A DNA stretch of 59,175 nt, the filler included, from Sphacelaria rigidula (Eukaryota): assembly GCA_964200075.2 (NCBI GenBank). It is 8 parts of 8 records of this genome, joined end to end, with 100 filler letters (N's around TTAATTAATTAA, not from the genome) between each part and the next. Parts side by side here need not be neighbours in the genome. Positions count along the whole stretch, not along the records: positions 14,822 to 22,130 come from CAXNAA020015505.1; positions 22,231 to 29,539 come from CAXNAA020015506.1; positions 29,640 to 36,948 come from CAXNAA020015507.1; 5 more parts are not named here. One strand, 5' to 3'. Shown in pieces: positions 21,436 through 34,876 of this stretch; position 1 is the first letter of the stretch, and every line of letters starts with the position of its first letter. The notes beneath the pieces were generated by a model, which saw only the letters and a list, made by a program, of their open reading frames with translations, had not been told where the DNA came from and did no database searches. Position numbers and translations under genes: made by a program.

Positions 21436-24400
21436 ATGTTTAGAAAGTATCACTGAATCAATCGTATATTAATAGTATATGTAGACCATCACCCCAAGAT
21501 ATATCTATACTCCGTATATATATCACCGCACACAAATCGAACATCAATGAACGCACCCGCCCGCACAACAGTATTATTCCGCCCAGCTATACCACCACAA
21601 CCCCGCAGCAAAGAGCACGGGTTGGGCACGGGGATATAGACACATACACACTGCCGTGCGGGTGGATATGGTGTATTTCTCGTTGGTGGAAACTTGAGCA
21701 CCTTCTTTCATGGTCGCGACATCGCGCGGCGACGACATCCGCGGGGTGCGTATAGGCGGGTGCGAGGAACAATAATCAACCGGCCACCTATATTATGCAT
21801 ATACACACTCGCCATATGCATGCTGCGGACGCACCGCGATATAACATAGTGCAGCATACAGGCCGCGTACGATATGCTGCACGTTGTTCAAGTCCTTCTC
21901 GCGTCGCTCTGTAGGTAGAGAACATATATATGCATTGTCCTGCGCTGTCTGTACTGTTCTTTTCCCCTTCTCTTTCACGCCCTACTTACTGTGCTGCAGC
22001 AGCTGTGCGCGCAAATATGCTGTGGAACGCGCGTGAAAAACTGGAGTTCGTGACGGTATAACACCCGCCCCATATATCAAAATAAGCTGCAGGCATCTAC
22101 ATTGTATTTATAGCCAGCCATCTGCAGTACNNNNNNNNNNNNNNNNNNNNNNNNNNNNNNNNNNNNNNNNNNNNTTAATTAATTAANNNNNNNNNNNNNN
22201 NNNNNNNNNNNNNNNNNNNNNNNNNNNNNNGCGAGGTCAATGGTCTTGTGACCATGGCATGCATGATCATGAGTACACCCCCCCCTCCTACTTTCCGTAA
22301 TGCGTGTGACGGAATGGCACATGTTATCGTCATCGCATGACACATCTTCATCGCATGCCTCTCGGAGACCTGCGATACGGGATGTAACGCTTTTTTCTCC
22401 TTTCTTGGATTGTGTTCGGCTCGTGCGCAGAAGCGAAGGGGGGTGTACACAAGAGGCGGATCATTGAGCGACGGCGTCGGCGGCGGAGAGAGTGGCGAGG
22501 GTGGCGAGGGTCGATGCGGGCACAGTCCTCAGACAATTGCCCTGGAGGACACGATCGTGAACGACGAGAAATTGTTGTAGCTGAAGGAGGGATCGGTGCA
22601 GGGGGGGGGAGGTAGGGGGGCTTGGTGGTTGTAACTAGTTTGTGGCCTCTGGCTAGCAGGACCAAAAAGTTGGGTCGGAACAAGGAGGAAAGGAAAGGAA
22701 GGATGGGATCAAAATAAGCAGGTATGGGAGAGATTGAGTTTTTTTCGGAGGGTGCGCACGCAGAGAGGGAAGGGTTGTACTACTTTTTTTTGGGAGAAGG
22801 GCTGTGCAACCTCTTTTCGTCTGTTGTTGTTTGGCGATGTTTTGGAGTGTTTGTGCGCGCGGGGGATTTGTCGTGAGTGGATGTCCCATTATTTTTTATT
22901 TTCGGCCTCGCGAGAAAAAGAAGTAGTGATGACAAATTACTTTTTTTCGTGGAATAAGAAGCACGAAACAATTATTGACGAAAAATCTTATTGAAGAAAA
23001 AAAAAATGCAGTGGCGAAGATTTCCTGTACAGAAACAAGAAAAATGAAAAGTGATCTCTCTTTGTTCATCGTCGTGCAAAAGGTGACAAGTTTCAATTTT
23101 GACGGAACAATTAATTGTGTAAATACGAAGAACCAGAGAATGGGGGTATTCGAGAGACGGGGAGTGGAAGAGGAATATTATGTTCTTTTTTGTTTTGTTC
23201 TATTTCTCTTGCATTTTCCTCCGGTTTTTTGTTCTGTTTTTGATTTGCTTCGTTTTGTTTTGTTTCAGGGATGGGATATATATATTTATGATAAAAAAAT
23301 GGGGGCACAGCGAACGAGTGAATGAACTTTGTGTGTGTGTGCGTGTGCGTGTGTGTTGCGAGTGCATGGGGATCGAGCTGCAGTTTTTGCTGTGTATGAC
23401 TCTCTGATCCGTGTTTGCCCGTGCTCTGTTTTCGGAGTTGAGAAAAAAAGATGGTACTGTATGCTGTTATTTGCTACCGGTGAGGTTTTGCGGTGTTTTT
23501 CCATGTTGTGCTTGTTCTGACTTGCGAGCTGTCCACGTGGTAAGCATGGTAGCCTCCTTTTTTTTCCGGAGCTCGGAGTACAGGTAACCGAACGCACACC
23601 ACCACGCATATAGGGAGGGGGGGTGAGGGATGCGGTATGCCCAAAGGTTGTGAAATATGACAATTTTCTATTTCAGCGAAAGGGTTATCATATCTTTAAA
23701 AATCCGCACCACACTGACACCACATGCACACTCCCAAAAATATCGCCCTTGCTAGAAGATGAAAATGGGCCTGGGGGGGGGGGGTGCAAGTTCGAATAAA
23801 TAGGCTGCCACATAGAGTCAGACAGCCGCTGAACTCAAGCTGGCTTAGGTGACGTGTACGTCTGTGCAGCGGGCACACAGCGTATGGACGTCCTGTTCTC
23901 AGTGTTGTGTGGTTGGACAAGAGGTGACCGCGAGTCGGAGGAATTGAACGGCACTGGTGGTTGAAAAAACCCGGTAAAGTGGCTGCGGATTAATCGTGTA
24001 TTTTGCCTGGAGACCACCCCACCTACGCTCGCGTAGAAAGAAGAATGGGGGAAATGGTCAGGACACCTCACGAGGATCTAGGTCCAGGGGGCACTCATGA
24101 GGTTGATGTAGCCTTCACAGTGTTTTAGGTTCAGTCCAGCTGTGCTCACATCACTTGTGTGAAATATTTTCGTTTTGATACATAAAACAGAGATGAGCTG
24201 TTGGGGTGCCGGAAAAGGGTGAAGTAGTGCGGTGCCAACACTGGGAAATGAATGAATCCCCTGGTTTCTGCGTCACAGACGATACCAGAAAATCTGCTTT
24301 TTCAATATAGGTTGATGGGTTGGTGGTGGTATTCGTGTCGAGTGCCCCGAAAAGTTGGTGTAACCGTCGGGAGCGTGACCACGTTGTTCTACCTCCAGAG

Positions 24401-25064
24401 CGCGAGCCGTTGTGGCCTGAACCAAAGCTCCAGCACCGTGTGGTGGTGTCCTGAGCGACTTATTTCGTACTGTACGTGCGTACGTGGTGCATGCGGGAAT
24501 TTCCCTTTGTGAGTGTGTGTGCATGTGTTCGTAGGAGGGGGTTCCTGCCGCTTTCTCTTTTCTTTATTTTTTTTCGTTCCCGAGTTGTGGTAGTAGTGGT
24601 GGTGTTGGTGGTGTTGGTGGTGACGGCGTGATGAAGCAAACATATTCGGATCGTTTCGGGTTGTGGATTTTGATTTGATCATATATGTACAAATATATCG
24701 TCTCTCTCACTTTTGTTTTTGCTTTTTTTTTGTAAATATTCGTTGTCAGGAAGAAAGATGCGGGTACATATATGTGTACATTTTGTATGCACAGCGTAGT
24801 TGTATTTATTTCATGTCACCTGATCTTAATTATTAAGCAGGAGAAAAGAGAGGTCTACAAGTAGTGCCGAATCCACCGTAGGACTTCGAAGTATACTGTA
24901 CATATTGCACTACGGTGCAGTCCGCAGGGTATCGTATGTTATGAAAAAAAAGGGGAAAAAAAAGCAGACAGATTACTTTTTTCGTCCCCCTTCCTCGGGA
25001 AGAGTCCGATGTGTCGATGAGTCGACCCATCTCTCTTGCGGCACACACCTTGCTTTTGGGTGTC

Positions 25065-25507
25065 AACACGGGATCCTACAAATTGGGGATGGATCTTTTA
25101 TGGTGATGAGAAACCCGGAGAATTAAAATATTCGAATCCACACCAAATCTTTGAAATATGGTTCCATTTATTCACCTACTGATAGCTATTGACTACTGCT
25201 ATATGCCACAGAAATTTGGATTTCGATCACCGAAGTTTTGGGGTCCTAGGTGAAAAATCAATTTCGGGGAATTTCGGGAGTCCGGACGGACGCCAAAATG
25301 GTTCCGAAATTGGTTTTTCACCTAGGACCCCAAAATCTCGGTGATCGAAATGCAAATTTCTATGGCGTGTAGCAGTTGTCAATAGCTATCAGTAGGCGAA
25401 GAAATGGAACCATATTTCGAAGATTTGTTGTGGATACAAAGATTTTAATTCTCCGGGTTTCTCCTCCCCAATAAAAGATCCATCCACAATTTGTAAGAGT
25501 CCGTGTT
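25065..25507. mobile_element. Long foldback element (two ~200-bp inverted arms, short loop)
   Basis: AACACGG...CCGTGTT; the arms pair along nearly their whole length (e.g. CCTACTGATAGCTATTGAC / GTCAATAGCTATCAGTAGG); a partial copy lies at about 29385-29478. Confidence 0.85.
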
Positions 25508-26304
25508 TATCGGGGATTGGATCAGCACTGCCGCATCGCGGCGACGACTTTTGTCTGACCAACTCAGCATACGTCGGACAGCTTATGAGCTACCTCAATA
25601 ATACTTCCTATTAGTGGCCGCCGCGCCCTGGTGGTGTAATTCCAATTCCAATTTCACGAAGTGAATTTGGTTTCTGCTCCGGGTGAAACTTCGACTGATC
25701 GTTTTGTTGCGACTCTGTTTTTGCTAGATTTTTTCACTCTAAAACCCTTTTGATTTCGTTTTTTTGAGGAAAACTTTGTCAAACAGAAACCGAACGCATC
25801 CTGCTCCAAGGGGCATGCACCTGGACACACAGCAGTTGCTGCTGCTTACCTAGTTCATCATCCTCCAAATCGAAGTCTTGAGTGAGAACGCACAGCGTGC
25901 AGCTGCTTGACGCGACCGCTGCGTTCTGCCACGGACCCTTCCCCACGTACCCGACAAGGGGGCAACACCCCCGTACAGACAGTAGCAATGCTAGCGGATC
26001 CTACGTCCTGACAGTCTGGCAGCCGGCAAGGCGGTTATGGTAGTGCCCTTCTAGCGATATCAACTTACAGTGTACTGGGGCAGAGTTTCCAGGTCGGCGA
26101 TTGCCTCACCTACAGTCCGCCCAGATGTTGCGGATCTTTTTCACGATCTCACTGAGTAACAGTACGTACCTTTGCATGTGAAAATGTATCAGACCCTGCA
26201 TTAGAAGTGGAGATGCACCAAACCCTGGTATATGTGGAAATGTACCAGACCGTCGGCAAAAATTTCTACACTCAGCACGAACACGATATTAAAAGTTTAC
26301 TACG

Positions 26305-26385
26305 CACAGTGTGTTGTGTGTGTTGTCGTCCAATCTATTCTGGATTCCAGTCTCCATTTTTCGGTATATGTGGGCGCCCCAGCCG
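26305..26385 (-). mobile_element. 3' fragment of the tRNA-derived SINE
   Basis: TGTGTGTTGTCGTCCAATCTATTCTGGA...TTTCGGTATATGTGGGCGC matches 10200-10270. Confidence 0.7.
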
Positions 26386-28357
26386 CGGCTGTGCTACCAT
26401 ATAGCTTCGCCCAAGATACAGGCAGCCATTACAGCGGCGGAGGCGACCTTTCACTTCTGCGTGCGCCACCTGGGGCAAGCGCACGCCGTAGCTGCAACAC
26501 GGACAGCTTTACAAAATGTGGCATATCGATTTAGCGCGTAGCGATGGGTGAGATCCTGCGTACACGTTGGCCGCAGATACAAGCGGCTGCGTTTATGATG
26601 ATGTGGCGAACTGCATAGGACAGCGCGAAATCAATGCAGGACAGGAATAGGCTAAGGATGTGACGTCCTGCGGTGTGCTCTGTCACCTTGCACCCTGCCG
26701 CTGTACAGTGAGTAGGTAGTACCGCCGAAGGCGTCACGCTGCGGTTGGTACGCATTGTCAAACACAGCAGCAAACAACATATTTTATGTACTTAGACCTG
26801 TGTTCCAAGACCGATGCGCGCGCACACAGCAACTACTATCGCAATTAACCATCGATCAAGGGGGTACCCCTCTCCTCAAAAGGGGTACCCGCCCCTCCCC
26901 TCATAGGTGAGACACCCATGAGGCAGTGTACAAGACGTGGCTGCCTCTGGAAGTGGCGATGCCAGACAATAAAGCAACTCAATGAGTCATCCAAACGCAA
27001 GATAATCAGTACGCTGCGGGCCGAACAATCCTAACAGGATGCAGCTCACCCTTCATGCGACTCGTCAAATACACCACAGCGCTTCGCGCTCGGTGATTGA
27101 GTGCGAGCCTGGTTTGGCGAAAACCCGGCGCGCTCCGTCCCGGCTTTGTAGGGATGCGAGGTCAGTGATCTTATGACTATGGGATGCATGATCATGAGTA
27201 AACCCTCCCCTCATACTCATGACTATGGCATACATGATCATGAGGACACCCCTCCCCTCATACGGTCCCAGAATGAGGTTTGGGCGACCTGGGGGGTGGT
27301 GGTGCCGTCGTTTCCCGATATGGAACGCCTCAACCCAGTGTGCAGCTGCTTGAAGCTTGACGCTATCTCCTGTTTGCGCGAGAAACAGCAGTTTGCAACT
27401 TATTGTTTATGGCATACCGGGAAACAAGTCCTATACGTGTAGTTGAAAGCAGGCATGGTAGTGGCTGGGACTAGTGCGGGACGACCTAGCGGGAATTTGC
27501 CGAGAACCGGCTCGCGTCTCAGCGCCGGCTTGCTGCGAGCCCTTGCGAATGTAGGGCGACGGCGATAACACGAACACGATTTAGGCTTCGACATAACTTT
27601 ACGCTTCCGTGTAACGACACATCACCATGCCCTGGGTGCGTGCGGCAGACCTTCATTTTAGAGCCACTTCTAACAAGGGTCCAGCCCAGACCAGTCTGGT
27701 TTCGCCGGCGCAATCCAAACCGCAACGTCACAAACACCGAAATAAATCGAAATTCGAAGCGCTCTGGGCACAGGGCAATCTATAGTCCGACTCTCGCCAT
27801 TACGGTGGAGAGAACGAGGGTTCGATTTCCGATACGTTGGGTTTTTCTTCGCAACATCTGATTTCCACCGTGGAAAGTGTGAGGACGTGAGTAAACAAAG
27901 TAGTCGACTGAGTTTGTTTGGCGTGAGCTGACGCGATGCGAGAGTGCAGGCCGAATTCGCGAGACCAAAATGCAAGGCGTGTCCCGGGGAGAAATGGGTT
28001 GATCCCTTGAGACCACGGACTCATTCCGAGGGAGGGAAGAGGTTCAAAGTGCGACAAGAAAAAAAAGTGTACACATCCGGATCATGAGCTGGCTCATTTG
28101 GTCCCTCTCTCCACACTTGCTCCCTACAGCGCTGGGCGCCGAGCACGCAGAGTGGCGCAAAGGTAGCACACGTCGGGCAGATCATTATCTGCGTCACTTG
28201 AGACATACAGGTCAAGTGTGATAACACTTGTAACAACGTTTTCGTGAGACTGAGAGTACAGCGCTGATTGAGAGTGGCTTTGATAATTCGCTGTAACGTA
28301 GCCAATTTTCCATTCTGTGTGTGCTTTTCCTTGCCTCCATCACTGGCGTGTGCTTAC

Positions 28358-28417
28358 AGCTTGTGACGGTTTAAGAGACAACCAACTAGACTGCTGACCC
28401 TTAAACCGTCACAAGCT
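28358..28417. repeat. Perfect 18-bp inverted repeat with a 24-nt loop
   Basis: AGCTTGTGACGGTTTAAG (28358-28375) / CTTAAACCGTCACAAGCT (28400-28417). Confidence 0.9.
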
Positions 28418-29878
28418 ACACGTCGATATCCTACTCAGGGATGTCAAGGGCCTCAGTGGCAAGCTACTACGAAAGGCATATTGGGCCTCGGGGAGGGGCA
28501 TTTCGGAACTGAAACGCTTCATGCACTCATTGACCGCTTTTCACTCTCAATCGTACCCTCTACTGTCAATCTCACGAAGACACTGTTTTGTGTACACGAT
28601 TTAAATGACACAGTGCAACCAGTCATGGAACGGTACTCGTGTTCCGGGTCGATCACAAGGGAGATATCTTGTACGGGCTGAAAGTCAGCAGGTGTTGAAT
28701 GACGAAGACTTTCACATGGAGAATCGCCGGATATCGTGCCGGATCAGCGCCAAGGGATCGTCTTGATTGCGCGACGGCGGCGTTGCGCGTTGCCACTCTC
28801 TGCTTCACAGTCTGCGTCTTGGTCGAAGTAATGCCTGCGCACAAGCCAATGACACGGGAAAGCAAGATGGAAGCCTCTATGATCAAAAGCGGCTCACTCA
28901 TTATCGTGTACCTAGTAGTCAGCTGTGGTTGCCATTTTTCAGGCAATTCCACGCCGGGGATATCGCGTTCGCCACGACGGGCTCGCGTCAAATTGTAGAT
29001 CGACTGTATTATATTTCAATAAGATTCTCCCGAAAAATACGAGAAACATGCAAACGGAGGGTGGGGGAAGGGGGGGGGAGTCCGAATCAGGGGGGCATTT
29101 TTGTATGTACACCACCAACAGTCCCGCGCCATGATCAAAAACAAAAATATACCGCAATGTCCGTCCTATATTTGTGAATGCCAGCACTTGACTTGCTCAC
29201 AACAATCATTGCATCATTGAACGAAAAGCTCTTTGGCTTTTCTGCTGTGTCAGGGCATCCCCATGAAACATGGTGCACTAGTCAGACATACAACCAGTGA
29301 GTGCACCGGAAAAAAGGTTCTTCGGCTACCGAGCACGAACTAAACGAATCCGGCTGTGGTTATGGTTCATCTTCTCTCCACAATAAACACGGATTCTTAC
29401 AAATTGGGGATGGATATTTTATTGGGGATGAGGAACCCGGAGAATTAAAACCTTCGTATCCACACCAAATCTTCAAAACATGCACACGTCGGACAGATCA
29501 GTTTCTACGCGATCCAGCTCCTACAGGTGAAGTATGAACNNNNNNNNNNNNNNNNNNNNNNNNNNNNNNNNNNNNNNNNNNNNTTAATTAATTAANNNNN
29601 NNNNNNNNNNNNNNNNNNNNNNNNNNNNNNNNNNNNNNNACTATCCAACTCCTCCCGTGTATTTATCCCTGTGCTCAACTCGTGCTCTGTGCTGCAGGGT
29701 TGCGGGGGCAGCTGAGTATGAGTTGGATGGAGTTTGCATGGTCCTGTGAACGGGTGTCATTTGGCGCGGTGGTCTGTAAAATAAGAGTCAAGAGCCGCCT
29801 CATGCCTTTCGACTGCCTATTTTCGATCGAAAGAAAATGTTCTTCATTCGTTGCATTCTTCTCTGCACGCCGCTATTT

Positions 29879-30165
29879 ATAATTTTTAGTTGAAGTCTTC
29901 GAGGAACATCAATGCGGTGGACCCATCAGAGAGGGAAAAAAAAAATCGATTGCACTCTTTCGATCGAAAAAAAAATGCCAAGGCACGCCTCAAGAGCAAG
30001 GCCTGAGACAGGAAATTTTTCATAATTTTTAGTTGAAGTCTTCGAGGAACATCAATGCGGTGGACCCATCAGAGAGGACAAAAAAAAATCGATCGCACTC
30101 TTTCGATTGAAAAAAAATGCCAAGGCACGCCTCAAGAGCAAGGCCTGAGACAGGAAATTTTTTTC
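29879..30165 (+). repeat. Tandem duplication of a 143-bp unit
   Basis: Units start at 29879 and 30022 (ATAATTTTTAGTTGAAGTCTTCGAGG...GAGACAGGAAATTTTT) and are near-identical. Confidence 0.92.
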
Positions 30166-31266
30166 ACAACTACCCTCACCATTGGCAGTTTCATTACCGC
30201 TCGTAAAAAGGGTATCTTCATCTCATGTGAGCACTATTAGAGGGTACTGGAAAGGCGAGCCTACTCTTGTGACCATGGATTCGAGAGATCAGGCCGATGT
30301 ACGGAGATGTTTAATGATGATAACCATGATCATCATCATGATGTTCTCAGTAACACTGGTAAAAATAATGTAGGAATGCACCTCTACCCATCTAATCCCC
30401 AGTACTGTACCACCTCTGCTTTTCCCGACGTCAGCTAAACAATGTGGGCTTCCGTTGGCCCTGACATGCGGGTCATCTATTTAGTATCCTTGATCCCTCA
30501 CCTCCGCGGGGTTTTATGTATGAGAGAAGAGGACAAAAGTGGAGCGTACACGCTTCCAGGGGATGGCAATCCATCTCAGGATCGAGAACAACGATCGCCC
30601 TCTACCTTCCCCAAGTCTGCCTCCGTTGTTGTTCCTGAAGGAGACACAACACGAGAACCTAGAATATTGCAACCAGCACACCCGACGTCACAAGGTCCGA
30701 AACGGGCGCATGTGGAGCTGAAGCTTGACAGTGTTGTCAGCGCTTGAAAGAAAGCAAATCGTTCACACCAGTACCGCCTTCTCATTCTCCACTAATGTGT
30801 CTGGTGCTCTCCACACACACAACTAGTCCATTCTCGCCTTGAGGAGGTTGCAGCACCATCAATCACATTTCAGTGTTCCACCACACACACGCCCTCAGGC
30901 ACCCTTCTATTCCTTCAATGCCATCACTACTGGACAGATAATATGTTGTTTTGCACAGATAATACCGGCACTACGGCTACAGAGTTTTTGCTACATGAAA
31001 ACAAACGAAATACACGACTGTACCTTGCAGGGCCATGAAGATAGTTGTGGCCTGCATCGAAAGTTCGTTCATTCTCGCCAGACACACAACAAAGAACGAC
31101 ACGCCGGACTCGTAACACGCACATAAACTACACCAGCAGCGTTAGTCGTACCAGGGAGGTGGACCTGCTCATCAAAGATACCAATCGCTCAAGTCGCGAC
31201 CGCTATCTACTTCTCCGTCACCATCCCCGCACTTCACCGTGAAGAGAATCTCGACACACTGCTCAC

Positions 31267-34200
31267 AAGCGACATTGGTCCCCCTCATGCCCCGGCTCCA
31301 GAAGCTCGGGACCGACACTACCGTACTGCGTGCGAAATGAGGCCGATACTCGGCATGACCAACCATTCACAGGCCAGAAAACACAAAAAGCACCCCAGAG
31401 TTCTTCGTCGTTCCTCGCGGTTCATGTGTCACGGACTTTTGTCACACCTTTCCTGTCCGCTCCTTGTGATGAAATCGTCCTGAATCCACTTTCACCCAGT
31501 TCCGTTGTTCCATTCCCGTTGAAACACTCTGAGTAGGCAATACGCTGCCCAAGAAAAACAAAGTGCGAAGGGCAAAGTGAGGCTTCTTCCTGGCCTCCTG
31601 CGCCCTAGGCCAAATGATGCACACTACACTTCATCGTGCTAGCTAGGCTCACCATTTCATCACCACCGGCAAAATTTTGGGCCCCTCCCCCATACCCCAA
31701 CACATGTCTGACGTACCACGTGAAAAAAACATGATGCACCTACAAATTGCGGCATTCAAGGCAGCCCTCCCAAGGATATTATCAAGTATTTCTTGTATCT
31801 CCCCTCCCGAAGAAAACGAGCAGATCTATTAGCGAATCGCTTCTCAAAGGGCGACGGAGGGTCGTTGTATGATCATATGTCGTCCCTTCCAAGTGATCTC
31901 CTGGTGAAATGTCACATCTCAAGTCACAATCTGTTACAGTTTTCATCATGCCCGGGAACTTGAGTCTCGCACCGCTTTTGTGGCGCTCGACATCATCTCT
32001 TGCAGTAGTGAAGGATGTTTCACCCTCCTGTGTTGTCCTTCAATGCGCTTTCTCCTCCAAACTCAAGTACACTCTTGTCCATGAAACTAGACTCGCCACA
32101 GGCTGATATACATGACCTTCGGGCGAACACCTACAACATATAGCACGGCGGGCGGTAGCGTTGCTTACAACGTCGTCCGTTGAGACGCACCACGAAAAAA
32201 CAGCAAAATGACTAGCAATTTTTTTATAGGATAGTCGGGTGCTCCACTGACAATCCTCGCCCCCCTCAGATGGAGAACGCCAGCGCTCCACTTAACACGT
32301 TTTCAGCCCTCTTTTCTTCACCTTCCTGGGGTTTTTTTCGAGTGCTCACAAAATCACACTGGTCACAAGTCACACAAACCACCTACTTCACTTCTTGTTG
32401 CCATGTTTGCGCCGGCCCCAAGTCTCTTTGGACGTGTAGGTTTCTCTAGGAGCGACCCTCCCGTGCGATATATCTACCCACTCATCCCATGAGTGGGCCC
32501 AGCCGTGGTAGTGAATGCAAATCTTGAGGGAGAAGAAGCCGGACGAGTGCGGTGACAAACAGGAAACATGGAGAAGACGAGCAAGCCCGACAAGGATTCA
32601 AATGAGCCAAAACATTTCGTGTGAGTAGCAGATTGATTCTCTAGACCGAGACAAATGCGGTGATGGAGATACTGTAAAAAACCAGAGTAAACGCATCATC
32701 ACAAAAATACGACGACAGGCAGGAGGGAGAGACATATGGGGTGAGGTCGACACGAACAACGAACCAGACCCCCCCCCCCTCCTCCTGCTCCCGCCCCTGT
32801 CAAGAAGAAAAGTGAACCTTGTACTAGAGACATCACCAATGTTTTCAGGACAGGAAATGAGCGGTATTTCAAAGGAAGACGCGTGGAGCAACGCGATAAT
32901 GGGCTATTTGTCTTGTCATGTGACTCATCACACAACTCACCGATGAGCCCTGTAACCCGCTAATCTTCCCCGGCAGCCAGTTGTTCTGCGCGTCCTTGAC
33001 ATCCACATCTAACCCTGGCGAGAGCTCCACTTTGCCTGCACGGTATGTTGGATCGATAACGCCACAGGCGGAGAGGGAGTGGGGTAGGTGGGAAGAGGCA
33101 CACAAATGTCGACAACGGCAACGAGAACGAACTACCGATGCTCTAGAAAAAAGACGAGGGGGAGTGGGAGGGGAGGGGCATTGTACACATTCGAAGTCGT
33201 CGTGATCCACGGACGCCTTCTCTCCTGTTCTTCGGCATTCATGGCGAAAAAACGACGCATACTCACCTAGCATAATCGGAACTTGGTCGGTAGGTAGCTT
33301 CGCCTTCACCTTAGTGCCAAGGGCAGCCAGAGATTTTTGCCATTGGAGAGGGCTATCCGATTTTAGAGCCCTGCCGTTGAGTCGGGATGCGGACATGACC
33401 ACGACATGGCCCAATCGGCGGAGAGCAGACGCCCATCAAAATAGGACAACATGAAACACGAAAACGAGATCGGGTTCAAGTTGAAACTTTCGTGAAGGTG
33501 TTGAAAAAATGTACTGCAGATGCCAAGTGGTGACCAGTATAAACACACTCGATTGTCCACCTGCCCAGTCAGCAAGCACCAGGAATGCACGTGGAGGCAT
33601 GCAAACAAATGCAGGAGCGCACGATATAGCGGAGATTGTTTCTCGGATAAACATATCCCACAGCTGCAGACAAATCGTCATAAGCGTAACGCCACAAAGT
33701 GCGCGCTCGCCCGACAATGCCGCAGTCCTGGGAGAAACCCTGCAAGGGCAGCCAGCACCGTCGGGACTTCCAACGTTCCACCAGGTGCCAAGTCTCCCAG
33801 AACCAGCTAGACAAGACAGCCAGCTGGAAATACCACCGCGGAGTATCTCAAAATAAATCGGCGGACAGCCTCCAATGATTCAACGAAGCTTGAGGTCGTG
33901 TACCGCCGAGCTTTCCAGGCACTTCGAAGTACTTCAGACCTTCTTTTTTTCGGTCGATACCACGGGTGCTCGGGAATACTTGACAGTATCCGCAGTCGAT
34001 ACTCTAGCCACGCCGAACAATAAACGGTACCCTGAGAGGCGGTACCCCATCCCAAACATCATGAACTGTCTATCGGCTTACCCATCGACGGAGTCCGATA
34101 CAGCGTCTGGTATGTGCAATTCCCTGGAGTCGACAGGCATGCCATCACCGAACGGACGAAACCACGGGAAATCAGAGGCGCGCGCGCACACACACACACA

Positions 34201-34876
34201 CACACAAGGCAAGCAACAGCGGACACAAGGTGGGCGACAATTTGTGTCGACATGGCAAGAAGCACATCTGCACTCGTGTCGACAAGACGCACTTCAACCA
34301 ACACGAGCATATAACGTCACCTCTTTCCCCACGGCACCAGTTTTTTCGAGATTCCAACACTCCTTCCTTGGAAGTTGTTCATTTTCATATGTCATATTAC
34401 GGACGACAAAAACGTTCCACTCACCAACACAGTGAAATCAGGGTCGACTGATGTACTCCAACGCACTAAATGACAGCAACGCTGGACCGGACTGTTCACT
34501 TCCTGACAAAAAAATCGTCAGGCCCGCCATAAGAACTCTAGTTTCCAAACCACCCCTGTCTTGTTTTTCACCGGCGTGAGCGCCGCTCCCCATCTTCTCT
34601 TGGGAATTCCGCAACACACAGAAGTCGAGAAGTCAAGCCGGAGTTTCCAACCCAGACTTCAACTACGATCAACTGCTTGCAAGAGAGAATATTCTGTTCA
34701 GAAATATGCAAGATTACACACACACAGAACACAAACACACACACACACACACACATACACGCACCTCTTGAGACGTTTGAGTATCCCTCGTCGAGCTGCC
34801 AGGCTTTCCGGGGTAGCCTCCAGACACGCGTTTGGGGAGAATAACACCGCCAAGACGGCGAAGTACGCTTTGTGCT
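31267..34876 (-). CDS. Putative multi-exon gene of unknown function (Tudor/MBT-like motif; possible C2-like strand); span given, both ends uncertain
   Basis: Candidate AG/GT-bounded exons: 34765-34876, 34572-34672 (LIVVEVWVGNSGLTSRLLCVAEFP), 33267-33370 (ALKSDSPLQWQKSL...PIMLG), 32941-33035, 31448-31528 (EQRNWVKVDSGRF), 31267-31325. Three adjacent pairs are phase-compatible; I could not close the full exon chain by eye. Confidence 0.55.
32941..33035 (-). CDS. Exon encoding the start of a Tudor/MBT/Agenet-like module
   Basis: Acceptor tgcag, donor gtgagt; (G)KVELSPGLDVDVKDAQNNWLPGKISGLQGSS fits the L..G..VD..D....W..g.I pattern; in phase with the 33267-33370 exon. Confidence 0.68.

Noticed and set aside
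24390-24470. Possible minus-strand exon after an acgtacag acceptor
   Set aside because: Two frames are open, with no recognisable motif or partner exon.
25850-26010. Possible Cys-rich minus-strand exon with a gtaagc donor
   Set aside because: No acceptor gives a stop-free frame through to the donor; no family recognised.
32797-32823. In-frame TGA (YKVHFSS*) where a Tudor Trp might be expected, suggesting readthrough or selenocysteine
   Set aside because: The same bases form a good polypyrimidine tract and acceptor (ttttcttcttgacag), so they are more simply intronic.
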